A stretch of 64,000 nucleotides of DNA from TPA_inf: Saccharomyces (GCA_000146045.2 BK006938.2:864001-928000), one strand, 5' to 3'; counted from the first letter of the stretch, positions 47,302 to 59,806 are shown. Program-made: numbers and translations. Notes: generated by a model from the letters alone, not told the origin.

Positions 47302-48098
47302 ACAAAAGCGTGAACACTTCCACATGAAATTCGTTTTTTGTCCTTTTTTTTCTCTTCTTTTTCTCTCCTGTTTCTTCTACCAACTTTACCTAATAATTAA
47401 TGTGTAATCGAATTTTTTTACATAATCACTACCTAATAACTAATTTATCATCACTTTTTTTTTTCATTTTGAGGCCACACTTTCCCCCATGGACTATTGC
47501 ATCATTGCGCCATGCTTCTTACTTGCGTAAGCCATAGAACGGAAATATCATGTTCCCCTTGCCGCATGCATATTGAAAACATCACGGGAACGAGAAGAAT
47601 GGCATTTTCGAAATAAAAAGAAATCATATTTCAAATGTTGGGGAGAGAAAGCAAAGGGGAATCAATAATCATTAAGGGAAGTCGATGAAAGTTTCCTTTT
47701 CCGAACTCTACCTCGCCTTATATAAAACCTTGGTCTAAACGGATAAACCGAGATGTAGTTGAGTTTGTGAATCCAGTTCTTGTCCTTCTTCCTCTTTCAA
47801 AAAGTGAAGCAATCAGTTGAGAGTGTAGCTATAGAGGTGTGTACTCTAGAAATCAGACTTTCATAGCAAGCAGACTTTTTTTTTGTTGAATCTTACTAGC
47901 GGATTTTTTAGAGTTTTCTTCTTCGGACTAATCTGTCAATGGTTCCAGTAAGATTAATGAGTCAAAAGCCCTCTATAATTGTATCGAGAAATTTCTTAAA
48001 AGAAGGAATATAATTATTGCGGTCACTAGAAAGTTATAAGAAGGTTACCATTTAACTGAACAGCAGCGGTATAGTACGGAATAAAAAAGTCTTTTAAA

Positions 48099-49502
48099 AT
48101 GTTGCTTAGTGCGCCTGTTAACAGTACCGTGCGGCGCAAGCCACACAGTCCAAATAAAAAAAAGCCAAAAGAGACAGGTACAGCTGCTTCCTTTTCGTCG
48201 TCCTCTTCAACTGTCGTCCTTTCATCCAATAATGATGGCAGCTTTGATGCTCTTTGGGACCCCTCTATAAGTAAGGCCTCGGATTTTGAGAGTAGCTATA
48301 TTAGTGCTAAACGATTAAAACCAGAAAGTAGTAATAGACAGAAAAAAAAAAATTCTTATAAATATTCTAGGGAGGAAAACACCAACGAGGTAGAGGAAAA
48401 GACGTCTCTTGGCAGCAGCTCTAAGACAGAAGCAGATAATATATTTAATGACCAGCTCACGTCAGCTGGCAATACTACATATGTCAGTAATAAGCGCGAT
48501 GTAAACTTCGGGGCGAATTCGGCTGTAGTACTGCTCGGTTTGCCAACAAGTAAAAGTGAATCTCACCGACAATACCACAGTCCTTCGGCTTCAACAACTA
48601 ATGAAGATGAAGAGGACATTGGTGTTGATATTTTAGTAGACAACCACATCGATAGTTGCGAAACAGTATCGATAAATAATAATAGAGGTATTACACACCA
48701 ATATCCAGAAACGGAATCAGATGTCGACTTTGATGAGGCCGTGATATTGACACCAATGGATGGTACGGATAAGGGAGTGAAAAATCCAAGACCACTCGAA
48801 AAAAAATATAGTAGCAGTTGTTTTGAGGACCGTACGCCCCTTAACTTGGATGATGGTCATTTCAGTGAATGCAATCATTTTTCTACATTAGATGTGTCTA
48901 GCTTTTTTCATCTCAACGAGCATGTGCATAAAATCGACGAAGTAGAGCTCGATGGACCTGATCGCACCTTTAGTCTAGACAACGTCGCTATTAATACAAG
49001 GAAAAAGGATATTGATTGCCTCTATAATAGTTCAAGAGAAGACTTATCCAACCTCACATGTTCTTCGGAAGGCCCAAGGAATGATAGTTATGATAGTGAT
49101 TACAACATTGATGAGGTCACTTATAGAGATGATGAATCAACAGATGAAGACGAGAGCTTACCAACCCCAGATCGAAAAAGGAAGAAAATTGGCCATAAAG
49201 CTTGCGAAATATTGGATTCTAAAAGAATTGGAATAAAAGTACCAAAGTTATACGTTTGGTCTTTAAGTGATAAACCGTTTAGTGTTATCGATGGGTTGTG
49301 CACAAAATCGCTGTACCCATTGAGTGATGACATAAATACTCCTGAAAGTTTGAGCTCATGCTCAAGCTCAGTAAGTTCACGGGAAAATCAAAAAGGAGAT
49401 GCAACATTTGATAATGATGCTATGATAGCCGACCTTCTAAACATAGGCGGACTCGAAGTAGAGAAGGCATCCAATGGCCATATTGAGCTCATAGGCGAGT
49501 GA
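48099..49502 (+). CDS. CRF1: Crf1, transcriptional co-repressor of ribosomal protein genes (Ifh1 paralog), 467 aa
   Basis: 467-aa Ser-rich ORF upstream of and convergent with HTB1. I recognise it as CRF1 mainly from position and length. Confidence 0.8.
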   Translation: MLLSAPVNSTVRRKPHSPNKKKPKETGTAASFSSSSSTVVLSSNNDGSFDALWDPSISKASDFESSYISAKRLKPESSNRQKKKNSYKYSREENTNEVEEKTSLGSSSKTEADNIFNDQLTSAGNTTYVSNKRDVNFGANSAVVLLGLPTSKSESHRQYHSPSASTTNEDEEDIGVDILVDNHIDSCETVSINNNRGITHQYPETESDVDFDEAVILTPMDGTDKGVKNPRPLEKKYSSSCFEDRTPLNLDDGHFSECNHFSTLDVSSFFHLNEHVHKIDEVELDGPDRTFSLDNVAINTRKKDIDCLYNSSREDLSNLTCSSEGPRNDSYDSDYNIDEVTYRDDESTDEDESLPTPDRKRKKIGHKACEILDSKRIGIKVPKLYVWSLSDKPFSVIDGLCTKSLYPLSDDINTPESLSSCSSSVSSRENQKGDATFDNDAMIADLLNIGGLEVEKASNGHIELIGE

Positions 49503-49867
49503 TTATTTGATATTCCAGAAGAATCATTATCGTCTTTTAAAGGAAAATATGATCGTTTGCGAAAAAATAGAAGCACTTTACTACTTGAATTGTCATAGAA
49601 TAGTAGGAAAACCTACTTAGTCAGCGAAGATCAACTTGGAATATCGTATGATGAGATGGAGAAAAATTTAGGGGCCGAAATGGATGGATCCACTTGAGAG
49701 AGGATCAAGGAATACTGAAGTGCAGCTGACGATCCAGTCAGCGACATCTGTCTTTTTTTAATTACTATTGCTGTGTACTTATAGAGTCGGTGGCATTTAT
49801 TTTATTTTTAGTATTTTTTTATACGTGCGTATTCTATTGTTCATTTTTTTACCAATTTTTTTTTTAT

Positions 49868-49878
49868 TTTTATATTTT
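49868..49878 (+). promoter_or_regulatory. Perfect match to the 11-bp ARS consensus sequence (WTTTAYRTTTW = TTTTATATTTT) in the AT-rich region 3' of HTB1
   Basis: Read directly from the sequence. An ARS has been reported at the 3' side of the H2A-H2B copy-I locus. ACS matches are common in AT-rich DNA, so function is unproven. Confidence 0.3.
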
Positions 49879-50316
49879 GTTTCTTGCGTGGAGTTTTTAC
49901 AGGAAGTTAATCACAACAGAGGGTTCAATCTCCAAGGCATAAAATAAACAAAAATTGTAATAGTTAGCAACTGCAATACGAATTAAAATTTGAGGAAAAA
50001 TCTAGTATTGTTCACACGAGCCAATGCTCTGAAGTTTCGAAAGCTAATAAATATCATGTGGAAACTTTTCTGAGTCATTAATAAGCAACACTATTTATTC
50101 TTCTTATAATTAGTCTTACAAGTAAACTGCCTTGCCGCATAAGCGCATTCCCTCTATGAGACCATTTGTAATTTCGAGAACACAATTTTACAACCGAGTA
50201 AATATCTTATAATCATTAAAATTATTAAACTATTATACAATTTTTTTTACTTTACTTTAATTTTTATATACCCATATAAATAATAATATTAATTATAACC
50301 AAAGGAAGTGATTTCA

Positions 50317-50712
50317 TTATGCTTGAGTAGAGGAAGAGTACTTGGTAACAGCTCTAGTACCTTCAGAGACAGCATGCTTAGCCAATTCACCTGGTAAGAT
50401 CAATCTAACAGCGGTTTGAATTTCTCTAGCAGAGATAGTAGACTTCTTGTTATACGCAGCCAATTTAGAAGCTTCAGTAGCGATTCTTTCAAAGATATCG
50501 TTAACGAAAGAGTTCAAGATAGACATGGACTTTTGGGAAATACCAGTGTCAGGGTGAGTTTGCTTCAAAACTTTGTAAATGTAAGAAGAGTATGTTTCCT
50601 TTCTAGCCTTGCTTCTCTTCTTACCATCAGTGGAAGTGGAAGTCTTTTTAGCGGCTGGTTTCTTTTCAGCTGGGGCTTTGGAGGCTGGTTTCTTTTCGGC
50701 TTTAGCAGACAT
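50317..50712 (-). CDS. HTB1: Histone H2B, copy 1, 131 aa
   Basis: [59 protein letters not shown]... The AKA and TSTSTD...KARK variants are those of HTB1 rather than HTB2. Confidence 0.95.
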
Positions 50713-50956
50713 TGTATGTGTGTATGGTTTATTTGTGGTTTGACTTGTCTATATAGGATAAATTTAATATAACAATAATCGAAAATGCGGAAAGAGAAAC
50801 GTCTTTAATAAATCTGACCATCTGAGATGATCAAATCATGTTGTTTATATACATCAAGAAAACAGAGATGCCCCTTTCTTACCAATCGTTACAAGATAAC
50901 CAACCAAGGTAGTATTTGCCACTACTAAGGCCAATTCTCTTGATTTTAAATCCATC

Positions 50957-51128
50957 GTTCTCATTTTTTCGCGGAAGAAAGGGTGCAACGCGCGAAAAAG
51001 TGAGAACAGCCTTCCCTTTCGGGCGACATTGAGCGTCTAACCATAGTTAACGACCCAACCGCGTTTTCTTCAAATTTGAACTCGCCGAGCTCACAAATAA
51101 TTCATTAGCGCTGTTCCAAAATTTTCGC
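50957..51128. promoter_or_regulatory. Histone UAS cluster (Spt10-binding 16-bp repeats, consensus GCGAAAAANTNNGAAC) in the divergent HTA1-HTB1 promoter
   Basis: Copies at 50957-50973 (reverse complement CGCGAAAAAATGAGAAC), 50992-51007 (GCGAAAAAGTGAGAAC) and 51113-51128 (reverse complement GCGAAAATTTTGGAAC), plus a weaker GTTC...GCG element at about 51060-51080. TATA-like tatataaata at about 51356. Confidence 0.8.
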
Positions 51129-51529
51129 CTCACTGTGCGAAGCTATTGGAATGGAGTGTATTTGGTGGCTCAAAAAAAGAGCACAATAGTTAACTCGTCG
51201 TTGTTGAAGAAACGCCCGTAGAGATATGTGGTTTCTCATGCTGTTATTTGTTATTGCCCACTTTGTTGATTTCAAAATCTTTTCTCACCCCCTTCCCCGT
51301 TCACGAAGCCAGCCAGTGGATCGTAAATACTAGCAATAAGTCTTGACCTAAAAAATATATAAATAAGACTCCTAATCAGCTTGTAGATTTTCTGGTCTTG
51401 TTGAACCATCATCTATTTACTTCCAATCTGTACTTCTCTTCTTGATACTACATCATCATACGGATTTGGTTATTTCTCAGTGAATAAACAACTTCAAAAC
51501 AAACAAATTTCATACATATAAAATATAAA

Positions 51530-51928
51530 ATGTCCGGTGGTAAAGGTGGTAAAGCTGGTTCAGCTGCTAAAGCTTCTCAATCTAGATCTGCTAAGGCTGG
51601 TTTGACATTCCCAGTCGGTAGAGTGCACAGATTGCTAAGAAGAGGTAACTACGCCCAAAGAATTGGTTCTGGTGCTCCAGTCTACTTGACTGCTGTCTTG
51701 GAATATTTGGCCGCTGAAATTTTAGAATTAGCTGGTAATGCTGCTAGGGATAACAAGAAGACCAGAATTATTCCAAGACATTTGCAATTGGCTATCAGAA
51801 ATGATGACGAATTGAACAAGCTATTGGGTAACGTTACCATTGCCCAAGGTGGTGTTTTGCCAAACATCCATCAAAACTTGTTGCCAAAGAAGTCTGCCAA
51901 GGCTACCAAGGCTTCTCAAGAATTATAA
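51530..51928 (+). CDS. HTA1: Histone H2A, copy 1, 132 aa
   Basis: [132 protein letters not shown]. The ...[10 protein letters not shown] tail is HTA1 type. Confidence 0.95.
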
Positions 51929-52455
51929 GATCGGTTCTGGTATTTTAAAGAAGGCGGAAGGAACTAAACTGCTTCTCCATTGTAACTATATTAAGTGTCT
52001 ATTAGACCTTTCTGTTTTTCCTTTTTATTTTTCTATATATAATTTATTGGGTATATAATTAACGGTAACATATGTCATGCATGATATAAATTTTTTGTTG
52101 TGTCTTCCTGTTTTCTCTGTTGCTCTGTTTAGGTTCATTGGGCACTGTTGCTTACTTGAACATGATTGAGTAGCAAACACATTCTGTGCTTTGTTCACTT
52201 TGATAGTGTGACGAAATTTTCACAACCAAAGGAAAAAAGCTCACGATTGCGCGATCCTGTCACGGAGAACTGTCCGCAGCAGCCCGCGGCTTCTGTCCTT
52301 ATTCGCCCATTTTTTTTTGATTTTCGACTTTTTCACTCTGGCTAGTTTTATTACGCATATTTGTATATATATATACGCATAAATTTCTGAAATGGATTAC
52401 CTGGTTTATCAGAAACGAGAGCTTTAATAAAGAAACATTAACGTTTCTCTGGTAA

Positions 52456-53154
<699 letters not shown>

Positions 53155-53570
53155 TGACCTTGCGCAATGTCTTCTAAATATCTTTTCTTTTTTTTAAATT
53201 AATGAAAATATAATAAATTTTTGTATGTGAGTACATATATCCGCAGTATACTATAAATGAAATAATAACATAAGTGTTTGTAACTGGCTATAACGTCCTT
53301 AAACATGTGCACTGCCATTAAGTACTTAGTCAATATTTTTATCGTTGAGAACGAACGCAAATCATATTACTAAATAGATGAACAAAAGCGCATCACATAA
53401 ACAAAAACGGTATAACAGTAATAGTGAAGCTTTTTATAAACCTATAACGAAATAAGCGCTTTTCAGGTTTTATAATTCAGTCAGAGTTCTAACTGGACAT
53501 CGTTTTGCAGGGGATAAAAAAAAAAAGGAAGCTTCAACCCACAATACCAAAAAAGCGAAGAAAACAGCCA

Positions 53571-56500
53571 ATGCCAAATGACAATAAGACACCCAATAGG
53601 TCCAGCACTCCCAAGTTTACTAAAAAACCAGTAACCCCGAATGATAAAATTCCTGAAAGAGAAGAAAAATCCAATGAAGTGAAGACACCTAAAATTCCAT
53701 TATTCACGTTTGCCAAAAGCAAAAACTATTCAAGGCCGTCAACCGCAATTCATACCTCACCTCATCAACCAAGTGATGTAAAACCGACTTCCCATAAACA
53801 GTTGCAACAGCCAAAATCCTCACCACTGAAAAAAAATAACTATAATTCTTTTCCTCACTCAAATCTGGAAAAAATAAGCAACAGCAAACTACTCTCCCTT
53901 CTTCGGTCCAAAACGTCAGCAGGAAGAATTGAATCAAACAATCCTTCACATGATGCTAGCAGGTCTCTAGCAAGTTTTGAACAAACAGCATTTTCCCGGC
54001 ATGCGCAGCAACAAACTTCTACCTTCAATTCAAAGCCTGTACGTACCATAGTACCGATATCAACATCACAAACCAATAACTCATTTTTATCAGGAGTAAA
54101 AAGCTTACTAAGTGAAGAGAAAATAAGGGATTACTCTAAAGAGATTCTAGGCATAAACTTGGCAAACGAACAGCCTGTTTTAGAGAAGCCACTTAAAAAA
54201 GGATCAGCAGACATCGGCGCCTCTGTGATTTCTTTGACCAAGGACAAATCTATCAGGAAAGATACCGTAGAAGAAAAAAAAGAAGAAAAGTTGAATATAG
54301 GTAAAAACTTTGCCCATTCTGATTCACTATCAGTTCCGAAGGTTAGTGCCGGTGACAGTGGTATATCACCGGAGGAGAGCAAGGCAAGAAGTCCTGGAAT
54401 TGCAAAACCGAATGCCATACAAACAGAAGTGTATGGAATAAATGAGGAATCTACTAACGAGCGTTTAGAAATAAATCAAGAAAAACCAGTAAAATTAGAT
54501 GAGAATAGTGCAAATAGTACGGTCGCATCGGCCTTAGATACCAATGGGACGTCAGCCACGACAGAAACTCTAACATCAAAGAAGATCGTTCCATCTCCAA
54601 AAAAAGTCGCCATTGATCAAGATAAAATAACACTGCACGATGAGAAAACACTTGCACCTTCGAAGCATCAGCCTATAACATCTGAACAAAAAATGAAGGA
54701 AGACGCCGACCTCAAGAGGATGGAAATCTTAAAGTCACCTCATTTGTCGAAAAGTCCAGCTGACAGACCTCAAGGGCGTAGAAACAGCCGAAATTTTTCC
54801 ACTAGAGATGAAGAAACTACAAAACTTGCTTTTCTTGTTGAATATGAAGGCCAAGAAAACAACTATAACTCTACTTCTCGAAGCACAGAAAAGAAAAATG
54901 ATATGAACACTTCTGCAAAGAATAAAAATGGTGAAAACAAGAAAATTGGTAAGAGGCCGCCTGAAATCATGAGCACTGAAGCTCACGTAAACAAAGTAAC
55001 CGAAGAAACCACAAAGCAGATACAGAGTGTACGAATAGATGGTCGAAAAGTGCTTCAAAAAGTACAAGGAGAATCCCACATTGATTCGAGAAACAATACC
55101 CTGAATGTTACACCATCAAAGAGGCCCCAGCTAGGAGAAATACCGAATCCTATGAAAAAGCATAAGCCTAATGAAGGGCGAACTCCAAATATCTCAAACG
55201 GTACAATAAACATCCAAAAGAAATTAGAGCCTAAGGAAATTGTGCGAGATATTTTGCATACGAAAGAATCATCAAATGAGGCTAAGAAAACTATTCAAAA
55301 CCCTTTAAATAAATCACAAAACACTGCTCTTCCTTCCACACATAAAGTTACACAAAAAAAAGATATAAAAATTGGAACTAATGACCTTTTTCAGGTTGAA
55401 TCTGCTCCAAAAATATCCTCAGAGATTGACCGGGAGAATGTTAAATCAAAGGATGAACCGGTTTCCAAGGCTGTTGAAAGCAAATCTTTATTAAATTTGT
55501 TTTCAAACGTACTCAAGGCTCCTTTCATTAAAAGTGAAAGCAAACCTTTTTCTAGTGATGCTCTGTCAAAAGAAAAAGCCAATTTTTTGGAAACTATCGC
55601 TTCCACTGAAAAGCCAGAAAATAAGACTGATAAGGTGTCTCTATCTCAGCCAGTTAGTGCAAGTAAGCATGAGTATAGCGATAATTTTCCAGTTTCTCTA
55701 TCTCAACCTTCAAAGAAATCTTTCGCAAATCATACAGAGGATGAGCAAATTGAAAAAAAGAAGATCTGCCGTGGGAGAATGAATACGATAATAACTCACC
55801 CGGGAAAAATGGAGCTGGTATACGTGTCCGACTCAGACGATTCTTCTTCAGATAATGATAGCCTAACTGACTTGGAAAGTTTAAGCTCTGGTGAATCAAA
55901 TGAAATCAAAGTAACTAATGATTTAGATACAAGTGCTGAAAAGGACCAAATTCAGGCAGGCAAATGGTTTGATCCTGTATTGGATTGGCGAAAATCTGAT
56001 CGTGAATTGACGAAAAACATTCTTTGGAGGATAGCTGATAAAACGACATACGATAAAGAAACAATAACTGACCTTATTGAACAAGGGATCCCAAAACATA
56101 GTTATTTAAGTGGCAATCCATTAACTAGTGTGACTAACGACATTTGCTCTGTTGAAAACTATGAAACATCAAGTGCTTTCTTTTACCAACAAGTGCACAA
56201 GAAGGACAGATTACAATATTTGCCATTATATGCAGTTTCTACATTTGAAAACACAAATAACACTGAAAAAAATGATGTGACCAATAAAAATATCAATATA
56301 GGGAAACATAGCCAAGAACAAAATTCTTCTTCCGCTAAACCATCCCAAATTCCAACCGTGTCTTCTCCATTAGGATTCGAAGAAACAAAGCTAAGTACCA
56401 CGCCTACTAAAAGCAATAGAAGAGTGTCGCATAGTGATACTAATTCTAGCAAACCCAAAAACACGAAGGAGAACCTTTCAAAAAGCTCTTGGAGGCAAGA

Positions 56501-57647
56501 ATGGCTTGCAAATTTGAAACTTATTTCCGTTTCGTTGGTTGATGAGTTCCCTTCGGAGCTTTCCGACAGTGATAGACAAATAATTAACGAAAAAATGCAG
56601 TTACTTAAAGATATATTTGCTAACAACCTTAAATCAGCAATTTCCAATAATTTTAGAGAGAGTGACATCATTATACTGAAAGGTGAAATAGAAGATTACC
56701 CAATGAGTTCTGAAATTAAGATTTACTACAACGAATTACAGAACAAGCCTGATGCAAAAAAAGCCAGATTTTGGTCATTTATGAAGACTCAGAGATTTGT
56801 TTCCAACATGGGATTTGATATTCAGAAGTCCTGTGAACCTGTTTCTATATCCACGTCGGTCAAACCACATGTGGTCGAGCCCGAGCATATGGCAGATGCC
56901 AAAATTATGCCTAAGGATATACTGCAAATTACAAAAAAACCGTTAATGGTTAAAAATGTGAAGCCTTCTTCTCCGCCAGATGTGAAGTCTTTGGTGCAGC
57001 TGAGCACAATGGAAACGAAAACCCTACCAGAAAAGAAGCAATTCGACAGTATTTTTAATTCTAACAAAGCAAAAATAATCCCTGGAAATGGGAAGCACGC
57101 ATCAGAAAACATCTCACTCTCTTTCTCAAGACCTGCGTCCTACGGCTATTTTTCTGTTGGAAAAAGGGTTCCAATCGTTGAAGATCGTCGAGTGAAACAA
57201 CTCGACGATATAACAGACAGTAATACAACAGAAATTTTAACTAGTGTTGACGTTTTAGGAACACATTCACAAACTGGTACTCAACAATCAAATATGTACA
57301 CATCAACCCAAAAAACAGAACTTGAAATTGATAATAAGGATAGTGTCACCGAATGTTCGAAGGACATGAAAGAAGATGGTCTTTCCTTTGTGGATATCGT
57401 TTTGTCGAAAGCAGCATCGGCGCTGGATGAAAAGGAAAAACAATTGGCTGTTGCAAATGAAATTATTCGGTCTTTGTCAGATGAAGTTATGAGGAATGAA
57501 ATTAGAATAACTTCACTTCAAGGTGATTTAACTTTTACAAAGAAATGTCTTGAAAATGCGAGAAGTCAAATATCTGAAAAAGATGCTAAAATTAACAAAT
57601 TGATGGAAAAAGATTTTCAAGTGAATAAGGAGATAAAACCGTATTGA
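53571..57647 (+). CDS. SIR4: Sir4, silent information regulator, 1358 aa
   Basis: N-terminus MPNDNKTPNRSSTPKFTKKPVTPNDKIPEREEKS from the ATG at 53571. The track's upstream 22 codons start at a TTG. C-terminal coiled coil (...LQGDLTFTKKCLENARSQISEKDAKINKLMEKDFQVNKEIKPY). Confidence 0.9.
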   Translation: MPNDNKTPNRSSTPKFTKKPVTPNDKIPEREEKSNEVKTPKIPLFTFAKSKNYSRPSTAIHTSPHQPSDVKPTSHKQLQQPKSSPLKKNNYNSFPHSNLEKISNSKLLSLLRSKTSAGRIESNNPSHDASRSLASFEQTAFSRHAQQQTSTFNSKPVRTIVPISTSQTNNSFLSGVKSLLSEEKIRDYSKEILGINLANEQPVLEKPLKKGSADIGASVISLTKDKSIRKDTVEEKKEEKLNIGKNFAHSDSLSVPKVSAGDSGISPEESKARSPGIAKPNAIQTEVYGINEESTNERLEINQEKPVKLDENSANSTVASALDTNGTSATTETLTSKKIVPSPKKVAIDQDKITLHDEKTLAPSKHQPITSEQKMKEDADLKRMEILKSPHLSKSPADRPQGRRNSRNFSTRDEETTKLAFLVEYEGQENNYNSTSRSTEKKNDMNTSAKNKNGENKKIGKRPPEIMSTEAHVNKVTEETTKQIQSVRIDGRKVLQKVQGESHIDSRNNTLNVTPSKRPQLGEIPNPMKKHKPNEGRTPNISNGTINIQKKLEPKEIVRDILHTKESSNEAKKTIQNPLNKSQNTALPSTHKVTQKKDIKIGTNDLFQVESAPKISSEIDRENVKSKDEPVSKAVESKSLLNLFSNVLKAPFIKSESKPFSSDALSKEKANFLETIASTEKPENKTDKVSLSQPVSASKHEYSDNFPVSLSQPSKKSFANHTEDEQIEKKKICRGRMNTIITHPGKMELVYVSDSDDSSSDNDSLTDLESLSSGESNEIKVTNDLDTSAEKDQIQAGKWFDPVLDWRKSDRELTKNILWRIADKTTYDKETITDLIEQGIPKHSYLSGNPLTSVTNDICSVENYETSSAFFYQQVHKKDRLQYLPLYAVSTFENTNNTEKNDVTNKNINIGKHSQEQNSSSAKPSQIPTVSSPLGFEETKLSTTPTKSNRRVSHSDTNSSKPKNTKENLSKSSWRQEWLANLKLISVSLVDEFPSELSDSDRQIINEKMQLLKDIFANNLKSAISNNFRESDIIILKGEIEDYPMSSEIKIYYNELQNKPDAKKARFWSFMKTQRFVSNMGFDIQKSCEPVSISTSVKPHVVEPEHMADAKIMPKDILQITKKPLMVKNVKPSSPPDVKSLVQLSTMETKTLPEKKQFDSIFNSNKAKIIPGNGKHASENISLSFSRPASYGYFSVGKRVPIVEDRRVKQLDDITDSNTTEILTSVDVLGTHSQTGTQQSNMYTSTQKTELEIDNKDSVTECSKDMKEDGLSFVDIVLSKAASALDEKEKQLAVANEIIRSLSDEVMRNEIRITSLQGDLTFTKKCLENARSQISEKDAKINKLMEKDFQVNKEIKPY

Positions 57648-57925
57648 CTTTTTATCATTCTACAAAAGACCAGTAACGAAGTGTACCCTGTTTTTCTTTG
57701 TCGTTTTCTTCTATAATGAACAATTTACTTTACGGTCTTTAATCGATTTTAATGATTAGTTGGGCTTTTGGCTACATATGTAAAATTACATATAATATAA
57801 TGGACACATAAGCAAAAAAAAAAAAAAAAAAAATAAACAAATGAGCAACCCATCAAATACCAAGAACAAAGAATTTAATATAATATATAGTTATTAAATT
57901 TAAATGTATATATGCAGTTCTGCTC

Positions 57926-59806
57926 TTATTTTGTGACCAATTTCTTTAAGTCATCCAAACCGACCTTGCCACTATTAGATTTGCTTGAATTTTGCGACGT
58001 TTCATGATAACATGTCGAGTGGAAATATTTGCCATTCACTTCAATAGTATTTTTCCAAACCCATTCACCAGATTCTTCATCATAAACGCCAGTAACGGTT
58101 TCCTTACAAATTGGACATTTGAAGGCCATATCTTGTGAAGTTTCTGGTACAACAACATATTTTCCCCGTATTTCCAACTCGTTACTTCTATCACTTCCTA
58201 AAGTGTTGTCTACAGAGCCTTCGTCATTTTCATCAGCGTGAATATTTAGGGCACTTTTATCGATATTTTTATTGGCATGCGGATCAGTATAATCATTTTT
58301 ATGCTTTGTGGAGGTAATTTCATCATCTTTGAAGGCTGCCCATTGAGAGTCACTCAAATACCAGTTTCTTGATTGAATATTTTTCCTTGTGGTAGTTGTA
58401 TTTAAGTTAGAGTTGCTTATGCCTGTATTTGCTGTGTTTTGTGATCCCTTAATTCTTGTATTTATTCTGAAATGCCAGTCCAAATGCTCATTTTGTAGTA
58501 GTTTTTCACTTTCTGAGTTGCCAAATCTCTTACCACACACGCTACATTTATTTGGCTTGGATCGGTATAATAAGTGAATAAGATTATTTTGGACGATGGG
58601 ATTTTCTTGAAGAAGAGTTTGTTCGGACAGCTGCAGGGATGGGTTATTCAAAACGTCGATGTTAACCGTGGCAAAATAAGCTTTGCAGTCAGAAAGAATA
58701 TCATTTAATAAGGGTATCTTTGGCAGGTTCTTCATCAATTGTTTTTCGTGTGAATCAAGAGAGTAGTTTGAGTGTCCATTTAGCTTTTTATAAAGCGTTA
58801 CGATGGATTCTTTTGGTGGAGTATATATGAGCCCTTCAGCCTTAAGAGATGCATAGAGGTTATTGATTTTGTTTAGGGACTTTTTTTTCTCAATTTCTTG
58901 AAAAGATTCAACGCCAGAAATATTACCAAAAAGAGAGGAAGATAAAGAATTCTGTTGGTTCGTTGTATCTGAATTATTTCCAAACAATGGAATCGCTGAA
59001 TTAGAGTTTTGTGTGTAAGAACCGACCATATCCTTAGTTTCGTGATACTGCTGCTGCTGCTGCTGTTGTTGTTGTTGCTGTTGCTGCTGTTGTTGCTGTT
59101 GCTGCTGAAGTTCGTGATACCTCATTCTTTCCTGCAAAACTTGTTGGTCCTGTGAGAAGACCTGCCTTAGTTGCATTTGAACTTGTTTCAGAGCATTGAG
59201 AGTTAGTTTTTCTCTTTTCAGTTCTTGTTTCAACTGAGATAAAACCAACAGTTTCATTTTTAATTTTTCATCATTTGGTTGATTCTTTAGCCTTTCACTA
59301 GTTAAACAAGTTAATTTATCAATGTCTCTTAATAGGAGGGGAACAGTCGGAGTTGGTAACATTGCTTGCAGGTTTTTCTGGTGGAGAGCACTGGCCTTTA
59401 TTAAAAACTGTTCAATTTTCTCCAGTGCTGAGCCTTCAAACAGAGGCAGGCCGGTGTCATTAGGATTCAACCAAAGCTTAAACATATTGATGAGTTTTGT
59501 TCTTGTGGTGTTGTCCACCAATAAGTATGTTCTTTTGTACAAGTTAAACAAATTTCTACTGAAGTAGATTGTGTATGGGCTGCCAACATTCTTACAAATG
59601 GAGTCCAAGGCATAAAAAGCGTATAGCTTCTGCTTAGGCATACATTTTTCAATTCTACTCTCAATGGCGTCAACAAAATATTGAGCACACGAAATGTTTT
59701 CTTCTGCTAACTTCGTGAGAGTGGTAATAATGGGTCTCGAGTTAAAAGTTAATTCTTCAAGAATACTGTTGAAATCCTTGACTATAACTTCTGTGTCGTG
59801 ATCCAT
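57926..59806 (-). CDS. PCF11: Pcf11, mRNA cleavage/polyadenylation factor CF IA subunit, 626 aa
   Basis: N-terminal CID domain (MDHDTEVIVKDFNSILEELTFNSRPIITTLTKLAEENISCAQYFVDAIESRI...), Q20 tract, C-terminal zinc-binding Cys/His clusters. 626 aa. Confidence 0.92.
   Translation of the reverse strand: MDHDTEVIVKDFNSILEELTFNSRPIITTLTKLAEENISCAQYFVDAIESRIEKCMPKQKLYAFYALDSICKNVGSPYTIYFSRNLFNLYKRTYLLVDNTTRTKLINMFKLWLNPNDTGLPLFEGSALEKIEQFLIKASALHQKNLQAMLPTPTVPLLLRDIDKLTCLTSERLKNQPNDEKLKMKLLVLSQLKQELKREKLTLNALKQVQMQLRQVFSQDQQVLQERMRYHELQQQQQQQQQQQQQQQQQQQQYHETKDMVGSYTQNSNSAIPLFGNNSDTTNQQNSLSSSLFGNISGVESFQEIEKKKSLNKINNLYASLKAEGLIYTPPKESIVTLYKKLNGHSNYSLDSHEKQLMKNLPKIPLLNDILSDCKAYFATVNIDVLNNPSLQLSEQTLLQENPIVQNNLIHLLYRSKPNKCSVCGKRFGNSESEKLLQNEHLDWHFRINTRIKGSQNTANTGISNSNLNTTTTRKNIQSRNWYLSDSQWAAFKDDEITSTKHKNDYTDPHANKNIDKSALNIHADENDEGSVDNTLGSDRSNELEIRGKYVVVPETSQDMAFKCPICKETVTGVYDEESGEWVWKNTIEVNGKYFHSTCYHETSQNSSKSNSGKVGLDDLKKLVTK
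59049..59107 (-). repeat. Mixed CAG/CAA trinucleotide repeat of about 20 units encoding the poly-Q tract of Pcf11
   Basis: Plus strand reads ctgctgctgctgctgttgttgttgttgctgttgctgctgttgttgctgttgctgctg. Confidence 0.9.
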
